From positions 23,153,660 through 23,189,581 of the forward strand of contig NC_068999.1 of NCBI RefSeq assembly GCF_001194135.2: a DNA stretch of 35,922 nucleotides, given 5' to 3'. Source of the DNA: Octopus bimaculoides. Lineage: Eukaryota. Positions 11,341-23,112 of this stretch are shown here, in pieces. How positions within the stretch are numbered: the first letter of the stretch is position 1; each line of letters starts with the position of its first letter. The notes under the pieces were generated by a model. The model saw nothing but the letters and a program-made list of their open reading frames with translations. It was not told the origin of the DNA and did no database searches. The position numbers were made by a program, and so were the translations under genes.

Positions 11341-12138
11341 GATATGAATATAGAAACTGCATCCTACCAAGTCATACTGAGCTACTATGGCCAGAATAGG
11401 CTCTTCAAACCAGTATGATCTCAAGTTCAAATTCACAACCTCCATATCAGACTGTGGTTGGTGGAGAGAACATGCTGAGGTCTCTATCCTGCAGTGGACT
11501 GATCATAGGCATTCCAATCCAAAATCTGCATACATAATCATTGTAGAATCTTGCAGAACTGAATAAGATGTCCAATTGTTCATAGATACTTGTCTATGAA
11601 TTTAAAGCAGGATGGAGTATTGTATAACAACTTTGATATTTACCATTTAATGAAAATCAGTTCGAGATAAAACAGCAAGGATGATTGAAACATTTAGCAT
11701 TTCTTTTTCTATTCTTCAGAATCTTTGGGGAACTGAATGCAACAGCGCAAGCTTGATAATTAAAATATTACACCGTTACAGTGGTGAGCTGTCTCTATCA
11801 CAGCTACTTATATTCAACAAAATGGACTGATCCAGCTATAGTTAATCACTTTTTCTACAGATGCAGCACAAAACTGCATCACTGATAGAAGACAAATTGT
11901 TGATCAATTGTTAGTGGTCTGACATTCTATTAAATTGTCATGCAGCACCACTATCACTACTGCTGCTGCTGTTGCCTCTGCCACCACTGTAGCAACCACC
12001 ACCATCAATGTCATCATCATCATTTCAGTTTTTTAAAGATTGTTTATAATCTTTTAAATAATCCCAGATTCCTTTCTTGTTTAGATCAGAGTTTTTCATA
12101 TCATTGTGTAATGTTATCATATAATTTCTTATTTGTAA

Positions 12139-12643
12139 GGAGTGGCTGTGTGGTAAGTAGCTTGCTTACCAACCACATGGTTCCGGGTTCAGTCCCACTG
12201 TGTGGCACCTTGGGCAAGTGTCTTCTACTATAGCCTTGGGCTGACCAAAGCCTTGTGAGTGGATTTGGTAGACGGAAACTGGAAGAAACCCGTTGTATAT
12301 ATGTATGTATATATATATATATATNNNNNNNNNNNNNNNNNNNNNNNNNNNNNNNNNNNNNNNNNNNNNNNNNNNNNNNNNNNNNNNNNNNNNNNNNNNN
12401 NNNNNNNNTATATATGTATGTATGTGTATATGTTTGTGTGTGTGTGTTTGTCCCCCCAACATCGCTTGACAACCGATGGTGGTGTGTTTACGTCCCCGTA
12501 ACTTAGCAGTTCGGCAAAAAGAGACCGATAGAATAAGTACTAGGCTTACAAAGAATAAGTGCTGGAGTCGATTTGCTCATCTAAAGGCGGTGCCCCAGCA
12601 TAGCCGCAGTCAAATGATTGAAACAAGTAAAAGAGTAAAGGAG
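12139..12643 (+). mobile_element. Same tRNA-SINE family, full length, gap in the microsatellite
   Basis: Reverse-complement match to 30177-30568. Confidence 0.9.
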
Positions 12644-13235
12644 TGAATAGTTATAACATATAATGTTGTCTGGCCCTTTTCAATCTTCACAGCCCCTACA
12701 CTAAGGACACCCGTGATGCCAGTGACACCTGCAAAGTATGTGTGGTGGTGGTGGGGAGTAGAATAAAATTAAGATGGTTTTAAAATTTCAAGCTTGTCTA
12801 ACTCCATAGCAAAGAAAGAATTATATGAAGATGGACTCTCTTCCATCTTCTCATTAATAAAGATGGTAGCCAAATGCAAAAAGGTTTTCCTAATATTTTG
12901 CAGTCTGATATTTCAGGTTAAAAACCATTTGTGTGGATGACTTGAGAATTGGCAGTCAAATTAGACATGATAATAATGATGATGGCGGCGGCGACGGTGG
13001 TGGTGGTGGTGATGATGATGATGATGATGATGATGATCCTTTCTACTATAGGCACAAGGCCTGAAATTTTGGGGGACAAGTTGAATACATCAACCCCAGT
13101 GTTTCACTGGTACTTCTTTTATCGACCCAGAAAGAATGAAAGCCAATGTCAACCTTGGTGGAATCTGAACTCAGACTAAGCATTTTGTTTGGCATGCTAA
13201 CGATTCTGCCAGCTTGCCACCTTATTAATAATAAT

Positions 13236-13267
<32 letters not shown>

Positions 13268-13517
13268 ACAATAATAATAATAATAACAACAACAATAATA
13301 ATCCTTTCTACTATAGGCACAAGGCCTGTAATTTGAGTGGGGAGGGCTAGTCGATTACATTGACCCCAGTGCTCAGCTGGTTCTTATTTTATCGATCCCA
13401 GAAGTATGAATGGTAAAGTCAACCTCGGTGGAATTTGAACTCAGAATGTAAAGATGGATGAAATGACACTCAGTATTTTGCCTGGCATGCTAACGATTCT
13501 GCCAACTCACCACCTTA

Positions 13518-13557
<40 letters not shown>

Positions 13558-13558
<1 letters not shown>

Positions 13559-13800
13559 CAACCTTTATTCAGGGACCTTTTAAGCGGAATGAGCTACTTG
13601 ACCTGAAGAAAATTCTAACTGGGCCCCACCTGCAAGGTCATGCACTGTTTATCTTGATATGAGATCACCATGTTGCACACATATGGTTGTGATGCATGTG
13701 CCTGGTGTACCCTTATCAGATGGGTAGTCATGATGGGTATGCTGGGTTTCGTATATTTTATCCCAGTGTCACTTTGATCGCATCCACTGCTCTCTCACTC
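13558..13800. repeat. Unclassified interspersed repeat flanked by (AAT)n
   Basis: Non-coding 240-bp segment wedged between (AAT)n tracts. I recognise it as a recurrent octopus repeat only from memory. Confidence 0.45.
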
Positions 13801-13836
13801 AATAATAATAATAATGATTATGATAATAATAATAAT

Positions 13837-14265
13837 GAGCAAATATAAAGATCTTGAAATAGAAATTAGCAAAATGTGGAATCTGAAGACAAAAACAATA
13901 CCTATTGTCATAGGTGCCCTGGGAATGACAGCGAAACGGGCTGATTACTACCTAGCTCAGATACCAGGAAACCCCAAAATGGCTGAAGTTCAAAAGATAG
14001 TGCTCATGGGAACTGCCCATATCCTACGTAAAATACTGTCTACGTGATCTCAAATTTTAAAACAAACACATAATTTTCTTATGGTTTCTTAAACATTCTC
14101 TAGAACAACATTATGTACAAATCCAAATATATGGTACCCTAGGCATAACACCTACATGAACTTCTAACTTGTTGTCTCTTGAGGTCTCTGGGTGAGACTT
14201 GGATCCAACTTGTACAAATGCAAAACAAAAGTCAAACATAAAATGATAATAATAATAATAATAAT
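13837..14265 (+). mobile_element. 5'-truncated R4/Dong-like (RLE) non-LTR retrotransposon 3' end with (AAT)n tail
   Basis: SKYKDLEIEISKMWNLKTKTIPIVIGALG...VQKIVLMGTAHILRKILST* matches the C-terminus of restriction-like-endonuclease ORFs. It is followed by about 200 nt of 3' UTR and has (AAT)n on both sides. Confidence 0.75.
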
Positions 14266-14472
14266 CCTTTCTACTAAAGGTACAAGACCTGAAATTTGCA
14301 AGAAGGGGGGGCTAGTTGGTTACATTGACCCAGTGTTTCACTTAGTCTATTGACCCTGAAAGGATGAAAGGCAAAGTCGACCTCAACGGAATTTGAGCTC
14401 AGAAGATAGCGACAGGTGAAATACGGCTAAGCATTTCGCCTGGTAGGCTAAGGATTCTGCCAGCTTGTCACC

Positions 14473-14523
<51 letters not shown>

Positions 14524-15038
14524 GTCCTTTCTACTATAGGCACAAGGCCTGAAATTTTAGGGGAGGGGGCTAGTCGATTACATTGTTCCTAGTACTCAAC
14601 TGGTACTTATTTTATCAACCCCAAAATGATGAAAGGCAAAGTCAACCTAGACGGAATTTGAATTTGAATAATAACCACCATTGTCGCTGTTGTTATAGTT
14701 ATCTTCATCATTTACTTAAACAGTTTTTACTCAGTCGTCTGCTAGCGATGTTCCACCCTTTACCCAGCCCTCAATTTTGAAGACTAACTAAAGTAAACTT
14801 AATCCATTCTACATCATAATGATTAGTAATAGACTTAACTCTGTTGATTTTCTGAAACACAATAATAGACCGAAATCTGGTCTTTGACGGACACTAGCAC
14901 AATAATTTGTGATGTATTTGTGGTACCAGGAATGGTCAAGAATATATCTTGATAATAATGATAAAGAGGTTGTTAGTGAAATCAATTGCTAATTTAATCA
15001 CTTATTGATTAAAAACAGTAAAATGTCTTTCGATTTAC

Positions 15039-15109
15039 CCTGGCATAAAGTGCGGTGCCACATAGTCTGTCTTGGTAGTCGTTATTAGAGTTCCAGCAGC
15101 TCTTGACAT
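15039..15109 (-). CDS. CIMIP2C: CIMIP2C/FAM166C (C2orf70-like) coding exon 1: MSRAAGTLITTTKTDYVAPHFMP + GG (phase 2)
   Basis: ATG at 15109-15107; donor GG|GTAAAT at 15039/15038; 71 nt. It resembles the human C2orf70 N-terminus as I recall it (MASRSAGTLLTEFNAAYVPPGLMPG); BLAST should confirm. Confidence 0.9.
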
Positions 15110-15545
15110 TTCAATGGCATCAAGCGAAACCGACTAAAAATACGTTAATCGTTAGAGAGATCCAAGCCAACCGCTGTCCTTGGGAAAAATTTTCTTGCCA
15201 GGATGAACATAAATCGAAAGGTGAAATGAGTTCTAGTTTTCAATCGAAAACTGATTTTAGTTGTGTTTGTTATTTTTTGTTATTGTTGTTATTCATAATA
15301 GGATTGTTTACATGAAACTAAGCAAATCTGGTTACTATTGGTTACTAGACTCACATCGACAGTTTCCGATTTTACCGGAATCAACGCTTCCTACCTCTCT
15401 ATTGAGGAGAGCAAATATGGCTGCATAGAGCTGTCGAATCCAACTGTGTTGGCAGCGTTTATGTTATTGTTGTTGTTGTCGTCGTCGCTGCAACTGATTT
15501 AACTATTTCACATTTTCCCTTTCGGTTTTACTATCTTAATCGGTG
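15110..15545. promoter_or_regulatory. Putative bidirectional promoter
   Basis: CG dinucleotides are visibly more frequent than in flanking DNA. Motifs: TGTTTAC (forkhead) 15305-15311, two GTTACTA (RFX half-site AGTAAC on the minus strand) at 15331 and 15341, ATTGG (CCAAT) 15337-15341, AATATGGCTGC (YY1-like) 15414-15424. It lies between the minus-strand ATG and a plus-strand donor. Confidence 0.6.
15400..15542 (+). other. Putative non-coding first exon of a divergent plus-strand transcript (start approximate)
   Basis: Consensus donor CG|GTGAGT at 15542/15543, about 120 nt downstream of the YY1-like motif. Its ATGs open only short ORFs (MAA*, MLLLLLSSSLQLI*). Confidence 0.45.
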
Positions 15546-15602
15546 AGTTGACGTTGTACACTTTCATTTTGTAATATTGTTATCATTTACGTATTTATCA
15601 TT

Positions 15603-15643
<41 letters not shown>

Positions 15644-16289
15644 CTATATATATATGTATATATATGTATGTATATCATCCGCGACATTAAGATGGCTGGT
15701 GCTCTTTCCTTAATTCCAAACTGACCATCGTAGCGTATACATTAGTTTGATAACGTCTTATATTTAATCACTATGAAAAAAGTTTGTGGAAATCGCGAAG
15801 CCTACACTAATATCAATGGTAATGAGGTATATTTATTACGAGTACTAACCATATGAGAGATTTCTCCTCATCACAGATTGTTCTGTTTATCGGAACGGAT
15901 AATATGTTTCCTTTTGGGAACCTATTTTTTTTCGAGACAACTGAATAGAATGTCAGGTTATCATCATTCTAAAAGCTGTATGTTGTAATGAACATACTGA
16001 AGCATTATCACCGGTGCTGTTTCTGCTGATGTTGAACTTGTGTGTTTATTGCCACTAGCTTTGAATGAACATTATGAACTTGTTCCGCGATAGAACTGTC
16101 TCCCTGCCTTCATTTTGTGGATAGTTCTTCGGCTTTCATTGACACAATTAAAAGTTTATTCTCTTATATGTGTTCGACCTCTCTTTGTTATATACATATA
16201 TATATATGTGTATATATATATATTTATATATATAACGCACATGCACGCACGTACATATGAATGGGATATATATATATATATAGGATTTA

Positions 16290-16331
<42 letters not shown>

Positions 16332-18235
16332 GTAAGAATCTGGCAGGGTGTGTATGTGTGTGTGTATCATATACTGGGCCTTAGTGTTTGTACAGTTTTC
16401 ATTTTCCTAAATGATTCATTATTATTCTTGTCTCTGAGCTATGTCGATCCTTTCTGGTCATGGTCATTTCGCTCAAAATACAGTGACAAAAGAAATCAAA
16501 ATTAACAAAATAAGTCAGTATTTTGTTCATTTAACACATTATAAATATACTCGAACCTTATGTTTTACTATCTGTCTTCAGAATTCAGTAATATTCTTTT
16601 AAATTAGAATTTACGACTAAGTTTTCAAAATGTGTTGTTATACAGTGAATATACTGTCGTTCCGTTCTTGCTAACAAGTAGCACCCCTTTCGTGTAAAGA
16701 GTTCCACCCAACATTTAATGTTTGATTTGAAATCAATGTAGAAGCATTTAAGTTCAAAATTACTGTCATCATTTTGGCATGTTTCTGTTGTCTTATTCTC
16801 TAGTAATATTGTCTTAGTGTATCTTTTCTTTTTGATAGTGTCGAGGGTGGAGGCCTAGATTCAGTTTAGAAAGAAAGGGATGATTTTAATATTTTGGAAT
16901 TTTAAAAATTATTTTACATTTTACCTCCTAAGTAAAAAAAAAATTGCTCATTAACTGATAACATAAAATTGGGTGTCATCCTCCCAGCTTGTTGCATATT
17001 TTAAAAATATGTAATTTTGTTTGGATTTTTCTCTTCTTTTACACTATCTTTGTTCATATCATTTCCACGTTTCCATACTATTATGAATATAATTGAAATA
17101 TTTTGTCGTTTTCCCTTCTTTACATACCCACCACTCTCTTATTTTAAACTTTTTCTTTTATTCAGCTATATATTTGTATGGGTCTAAATGTTTCTAGAAC
17201 TGATGATTTAAGGGTGAAATGCCCTTTCGAGCAACAATCATTTTAACTTAAGGGAGACTGGCGCATATTTTTTCCATGTGTGATTAATTGCCTTGCAAAT
17301 TTGTGGCTAACACCCACAGCCAATTCTATTTTGTTACATTTACATTTTAGTTCATCACACTGCTCTTATTTTCACTTGATCTCTTCATATATTCATTCAT
17401 ATTGTTGAACTCTTCTTGATCATCTGATCTTTCTGGCTCTCAATTTTCTTCCCTCAAGAGATCAGAAACATGCTTATTTCCATGATTTTCAATAAGTTAC
17501 CATGAAAGTATTTCATATTTAACTTTTGTTATATGATTAGTTGTGTTTATTACATCATTACCAATTCTATTCTGTGTCGAAATTCAATTTATGTTTGGAC
17601 ATATATACATACGCACATACATACATACATACATACATATGTGTGTGTGTGTATTTCTGTGTGTATGTGTCACTTATAAGGATATTTGTGTATTTTCAGA
17701 TTGTCTGAGCATTTGTTCCAGTTTTTTTTTTCTTTAGATTTAGGCCCTCCAATTACTGAAAGTTAAAAGGATCCCCTGCATTTTTACTAGTTTTCCATAT
17801 AACTGACCATGTTATGTATCTTTTGACAAGTGATGCTACAGTTATAAACTTATTTCAAGAATAAACTTTGAAATTTTTTTATTTAACATCTGTATATTTG
17901 GATTCCAAAACATGTTAATAGTGAGGAGTCTAATAGTCTAAGGGCCATTCTAGAGAATTTCAATATTTTCCATCAGAGTAGTCTGAAATAAAATTGTTGT
18001 TTAGTGGTGATGCTCTCAGTTCATAAAATGGTTAGTATTTCCCATAGATATCTCTGGTAGAAGACTAAATTTATGTACTGTTTTAATTGTGCATGGCTGT
18101 ATTGTAAAGAACTTTGCTTTCTAACCACACAATTTCAATCCCACTGTGTGGAACTTGGGTAAATGTCTTTTACTATAGCTCTGGACTGACCAAAACCATG
18201 TGAATGATTTTGGTGGACAGAAACTTAAAGAAGTC

Positions 18236-18284
<49 letters not shown>

Positions 18285-19241
18285 CATACATGTGTGTGTT
18301 TGTGTCGCCTTGTCTTGACTAGGTGTCCTTTATTTCCAATCTTCCATGAATGTATGTCTGAACATGCAAAATTTTACTTTGCTTGGAAACAAGTGAGGGT
18401 TGGCAACAAAGAAGAGCATTTGACTGTAGAAAATCAGCCTCAACAAATTCTATCTGACAAATGCAAGCATGGAAAAGTGGACATTAAAAATACTGACAAG
18501 GATGGTATTTCAATTTTCTCTAGTCAAGCTGAATGGTTACTTGAGATATATGAAAATATGTATGAACAAGCATAGAAGTGTGAAATAGTCTCACATTTTT
18601 ATCCTCTTTCATATATGTACTCTTTATATTTACACTGGAGAAGTGAAATAGTCGGGCTGTTTGTTCATACACCATGTATTTAAATCTGCTACAGGCATTT
18701 TGTTGTGTTTCTTGATATAGTATTTTATTCTACATTTCCTTAGCTAACTTAGTTACTGAGAATACATATTTAATTATCTAGACATGTTACTTGTAACAAA
18801 CCAGTTATCCTTTTGAAGGGGAAAACATAGTTCTTATTTCCTTCAGCCTATAGAACTACAGCAAAACACTCATCCTTAGAAGATGCTTTACATATATGTT
18901 TTTTTTTTTCTCATTGTATCTCTTTTTCTCATTTTCAAATGCAATCAGGCATTGACTTTTCAGTCTTGGGTTAATTAACAATAATTTTGATTCAGATTTA
19001 AGTTAACTAACAATACTTTCAATTTAATTTCCTGGAAATATTTTGGTATGTAGAATATATTAGGTTCATGCAATCTAAATCATGATCTTTAAGATAATCT
19101 CCCAAATATTCTGTAGTACAAGATAAATTTCTCCAAGAATTCTCTAAATAGCAGCTGATCCTCTAAAAACTTATTTTTCTCCAAATTTCTAAAGACGAAC
19201 TTCTGTTAAGATTATAATTTTTCAAACTATTATCTTCAACT

Positions 19242-19474
19242 TTAACCATTTAGCATTTAAACTGGCCATGTCAAGCCCAAATATTCTATCTGTTTCTTTT
19301 CTTTTTTGTTAAAACTGGTCAGATCCAGCCTTTCCCACCTATCCAACAATTTCATTCTAAAAATAATCACATCATCAAAATCTCAAAGAAATGAGATAAT
19401 GCATGATAAATTCAAAAGAATGACAATAAATAAGCATTACATTTTACAGAATAACCTGAGTACTAAAAGGTTAA
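19242..19474. mobile_element. piggyBac-like MITE family A, older copy in the opposite orientation
   Basis: TTAA-CCATTTAGCA ... TACTAAAAGG-TTAA; the interior matches the reverse complement of 23781-23995. Confidence 0.7.
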
Positions 19475-19761
19475 AGGTGAAACATTTTATCACAAGGTCA
19501 GTAGTCTGAAGAATTATAATCTCATTAATATTTCAGATAGCCATTATCTTTGACATCTTTTCTACACCAGCTGCTTCATGATGTCCCAAAATTTTTTTTT
19601 CTGTTTTAACACTTCACAATCTGCTACAAGGAGTTACATATAAAAACAAAATTTGATTCAAATGAGTTTCTTATTCATATTAGATCTTGATTTCTTATGT
19701 CTGTTTAGTTGTAACTTTTTAGAGGCAAGTTATTTAATAATGGGAATATTTTGGTCTGGAT

Positions 19762-19860
19762 GCTGGTGCCATGTAAAAAGCACTGGTGCTGGTGTCATGT
19801 AAAAAGCACTGGTGCCATGTAAAAAGCACTTGGTACCATGTAAAAATGATGATGTTGATG
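19762..19860 (+). repeat. Four-copy minisatellite GGTGCCATGTAAAAAGCACT ending in GATGATG
   Basis: The unit resembles the GGTGGCACGTAAAAGCACC sub-repeat of the (GAT)n SINE; a reversed version lies at 2750-2830. Confidence 0.75.
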
Positions 19861-20766
19861 GTCATACTACTGTACCTATTTTGAAAGTTCTGTATTTTAG
19901 TATATGGGTACAAAAAAAGTGTTGCTTTTTAGATCTAATGATTAAAATTTTTTGATATTACAGAATCCTCACAAGGTATTACTAGTTCTTAGTGTACCCT
20001 TTGTAAAATAACTTACCATGCAGTTTAAAATACTTTTTAAATAAACCTAGTATATATGTATGTGTGTGGTGTTGATTACTCACTTTCTTATGTGTGTGTG
20101 TTTTAAGAAGGGCATCCAGACAAATGAAAGTAAGTAGCACTTAACACACTTGGTAGGAGTTACACGCATTATTTAGTAACAGTTTGATTTGGTTTCATGC
20201 AACTTAATGTTTCATAGATTCATCAAACAAACCTAGCTCCTCAAGCTCATATTATATATTGGTACCTGTGCTGGTGGCACATAAAAAGCACCTCTTGAGC
20301 ATTGAGCCTAACAGAGGCAAAGTGGTTGATGTCAGTGGAACATGAAAAGCTCCTTTCGAGTGATGGGCCTCACAGAGGCAATAACTGAGACCTTTGGCAT
20401 TGTCATGCTTGAGAAGACCCAAGTAAAATCACAGTTATGGCAGATACCAGTGTCACGTAAATGGCACCTGTGCTGTTGGCATGTAAAAGCACCCATTACA
20501 CTCTCAGAGTGGTTGACATTAGGAAGGGCATCCAGCCATAGAAACCATGCCAGCATGGACAACAGATGCTAAATGATGATAATGATACATTTTTCTCTCT
20601 TTTTGTTTTTTACTTGTTTCAGTCATTTGACTGCAGCCATGAAGGGGTTTTAGTCAAACAAAAAGTCTGGTACTTATTCTATCAGTCTCTTTTGCTGAAC
20701 CGCTAAATTATGGGGACATAAGCACACCAATGCCAGTTGTCAAGCGGTAGTGACGGGACAAACAAA

Positions 20767-20804
<38 letters not shown>

Positions 20805-20960
20805 TGTAATATATATATATACACACACACACACACAATGAGTTTCTTTCAGTTTCCATCTACCAAATCTACTCACAAGGCTTTGGTCAGCCTGTGGCTA
20901 TAGTAGGAGTGGGACTGAACCTGGAACCTTGTGGTTGGGAAACAAGCTTCTTACCATACA

Positions 20961-21033
<73 letters not shown>

Positions 21034-21888
21034 TCTAATGTATTTTAGCATTGCTGAAGTATTCTTATATTAAGTCAATATCTTGAAAAGTTATTTAAAA
21101 TTAACACTATCTATTGGGCTACTCATGCACTATAAATATAGTATTTTGCATTTCTGAAAATGTTTCTTTCCCTTGGTGTATAAGTAACATTTTTATTTTA
21201 TTTCATAAACTCTTAGATACAATTTTTGAACTCAACTTCAAATTATCTAATCTATTCTTAATAAAATCAGTAAAAATCCTCTCTACATTGCTCAGAATGT
21301 TTTTTTTCTTTTTATTTTGCTTTTTTGATTCTCAAAAAGCAAGACAATCATTTATTGTAGTTTGCTTTGGTAATAATGTCCTGCAGTCGGTAAATTGAGG
21401 TGATTTGATTATAGAGTTCTCTAAACTAGTTTAGAGACTTAGACATTTTGGCCTTTAGTTATATTTATATCAACTCAGCTGTTTATCATTTTAGGTCTGT
21501 ATCCAAGTATTTGTAGTACGTTTCAGAGATTTGTTTTTTAAATAGATCATATTAAACAGTAAGTTTGCGAGACCTTTATAAGCATTCCTTTAGCTACCTC
21601 AGTGTAACAAACCTAAAGTCACTCGGCAATGTTAACAACAGTTACACCTTACTGTTTTAAAATAGATTAGAACACATTGGACAGTGTAGTCTGAGATAAG
21701 CAAACCTACAAAAATACAGGTTGGTCATAGCTGGAATGCATTTGATTATAGATCTGTTCATTCAGGGCTGACTGGGGACTGAGCAACAATGAGCATGATT
21801 TACTCTCATTCTTTTTATCTCTCCAGCTCATATTAAATATTGTTTAAATTTCACTCTAGTACTTCCAGCTCAAACACACTTCCCTAAT

Positions 21889-23112
21889 TATTGGGTCATC
21901 CCGTAAATAATGCGGTTTTTTTCAATTACATGAACTAAAAGTCAGAGGCAACAGGATAAACTACCTGCATCAACTTGCTATAAAAGCAGGTAGTAATTTA
22001 CCTTGTCCTCATACTTAGTACAAGTTTTGAAGAGTGCAGTTCGATTTTAACAGTTATTTTTTCAAAGCTATAATGGAAGTGACAAAAGAGCATATTTGGC
22101 TTTATTATTTCAGTAAAGGCAACAACGCAACAGAAAGTGCAAGGAATATTAATGCAATATATAGGGAGCGGATAATAAGTGTAAGCCAGTGTCAGTTCCA
22201 GAATTTCTGAGCTGGAAACTACAGCCTAGAAAATGAGCCTCATCCTGGAAGATCTGTAGAGCTTGATGAGGACATCCTGCAAACCCTAATGGAACAAAAT
22301 CCCATCATAACTGTTGAAGAACTGGAAGAGAAGCTTGGGTTTGGTCAACCATTCATTGACACCTGTGTGTCGTTAGAAAAGTCAGCAAATTGGGTTAATG
22401 GGTTCCTCACAAACTTTTCAAGTCTAATTGCGTGCAGAGTGAAAGTGTGTTCTTTGCTATCATGGACTAAATAGTGAGTGGTGATGAGAAATGGGTTCTC
22501 CATAAAAATGTCTAGCACTGAAGACAGTGGGTAGGGAAAGGCGAAACACTGGCACCCCAGGCTAAAGAAGGTCTTCACCCACATAGGGTGTTGCTATCTG
22601 TTTGGTGGGATATGAAAGGTTAATCCACTTTGAACTTTTAAACCCAAACCAAACGATAACAAAGGAGATCTACTGCGAGCAGCTGGAGTGGCTTAAGTCA
22701 GCACTAGAAGAAAAATGGCTGTCTTTGGTTTCAAGACAAAAAGTGTTCTTCCATTAGGATAATGCTTGGCCACATACAGCGAGGATGACATTCCAAAGGC
22801 TGGAGCAGTTTCAGTGGGAAACGATGCCCCACCCACAATATTCGCCAGACATTGCCCCATCTGATTATCATTTATTCCACAGTCTTCAAAATCATTTGGA
22901 CAGAAAAAATATGAATTCTGTAGACAAGGTCAGAACAGTACGGGAGGAGTATTTTTCGTCACAAACAAGTGAATTTTGGAAGAGGAGCCTTGCAAGTCTA
23001 CTAGATAGATGAAAGAGCATTGTAGAAAATGAAGGAGAGTATATTTTAGATTAAAAAAGAATTTTGTTTATTTTAATTTTGAAAAATAAAAGAAGTATAA
23101 AAAAACCCCACA
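21889..23112 (+). mobile_element. Second, different mariner (DD34D), heavily degraded
   Basis: Left TIR TA-TTGGGTCATCCCGTAAATAATGCGGTTTTT; only a remnant of the right TIR (AAAAACCCCA) near 23101. Confidence 0.85.
22073..23054 (+). pseudogene. Mariner transposase pseudogene with frameshifts and stops
   Basis: Starts MEVTKEHI; contains WVPHKL, GDEKW, DNAWPHTARMT...YSPDIAPSDYHLF (D34D); ends GEYILD* at 23054. Confidence 0.9.

Larger units (their letters stand above)
6237..12408. other. Assembly gaps at 6237-6570, 7866-8099, 10465-10474 and 12325-12408
   Basis: N runs, each next to or inside a microsatellite or SINE. Confidence 1.
13038..14665 (-). mobile_element. Four tandem copies of a tRNA-derived (ATT)n-tailed SINE (13038-13223, 13303-13516, 14266-14474, 14526-14665 truncated)
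   Basis: The full copies read on the minus strand as A box (TGGCAGAATCG), B box (GAGTTCAAATTC), centre GGGTCGATAAAATAAGTACCAG and end GCCTATAGTAGAAAGG plus microsatellite; the fourth stops at the B box. Confidence 0.85.

Noticed and set aside
18204-18575. 123-aa ORF
   Set aside because: Stitched from a SINE head, (TA)n and another repeat; no recognisable protein.
19762-19860. CRISPR-like short direct repeats
   Set aside because: No unique spacers, eukaryotic context, and the unit derives from a SINE.
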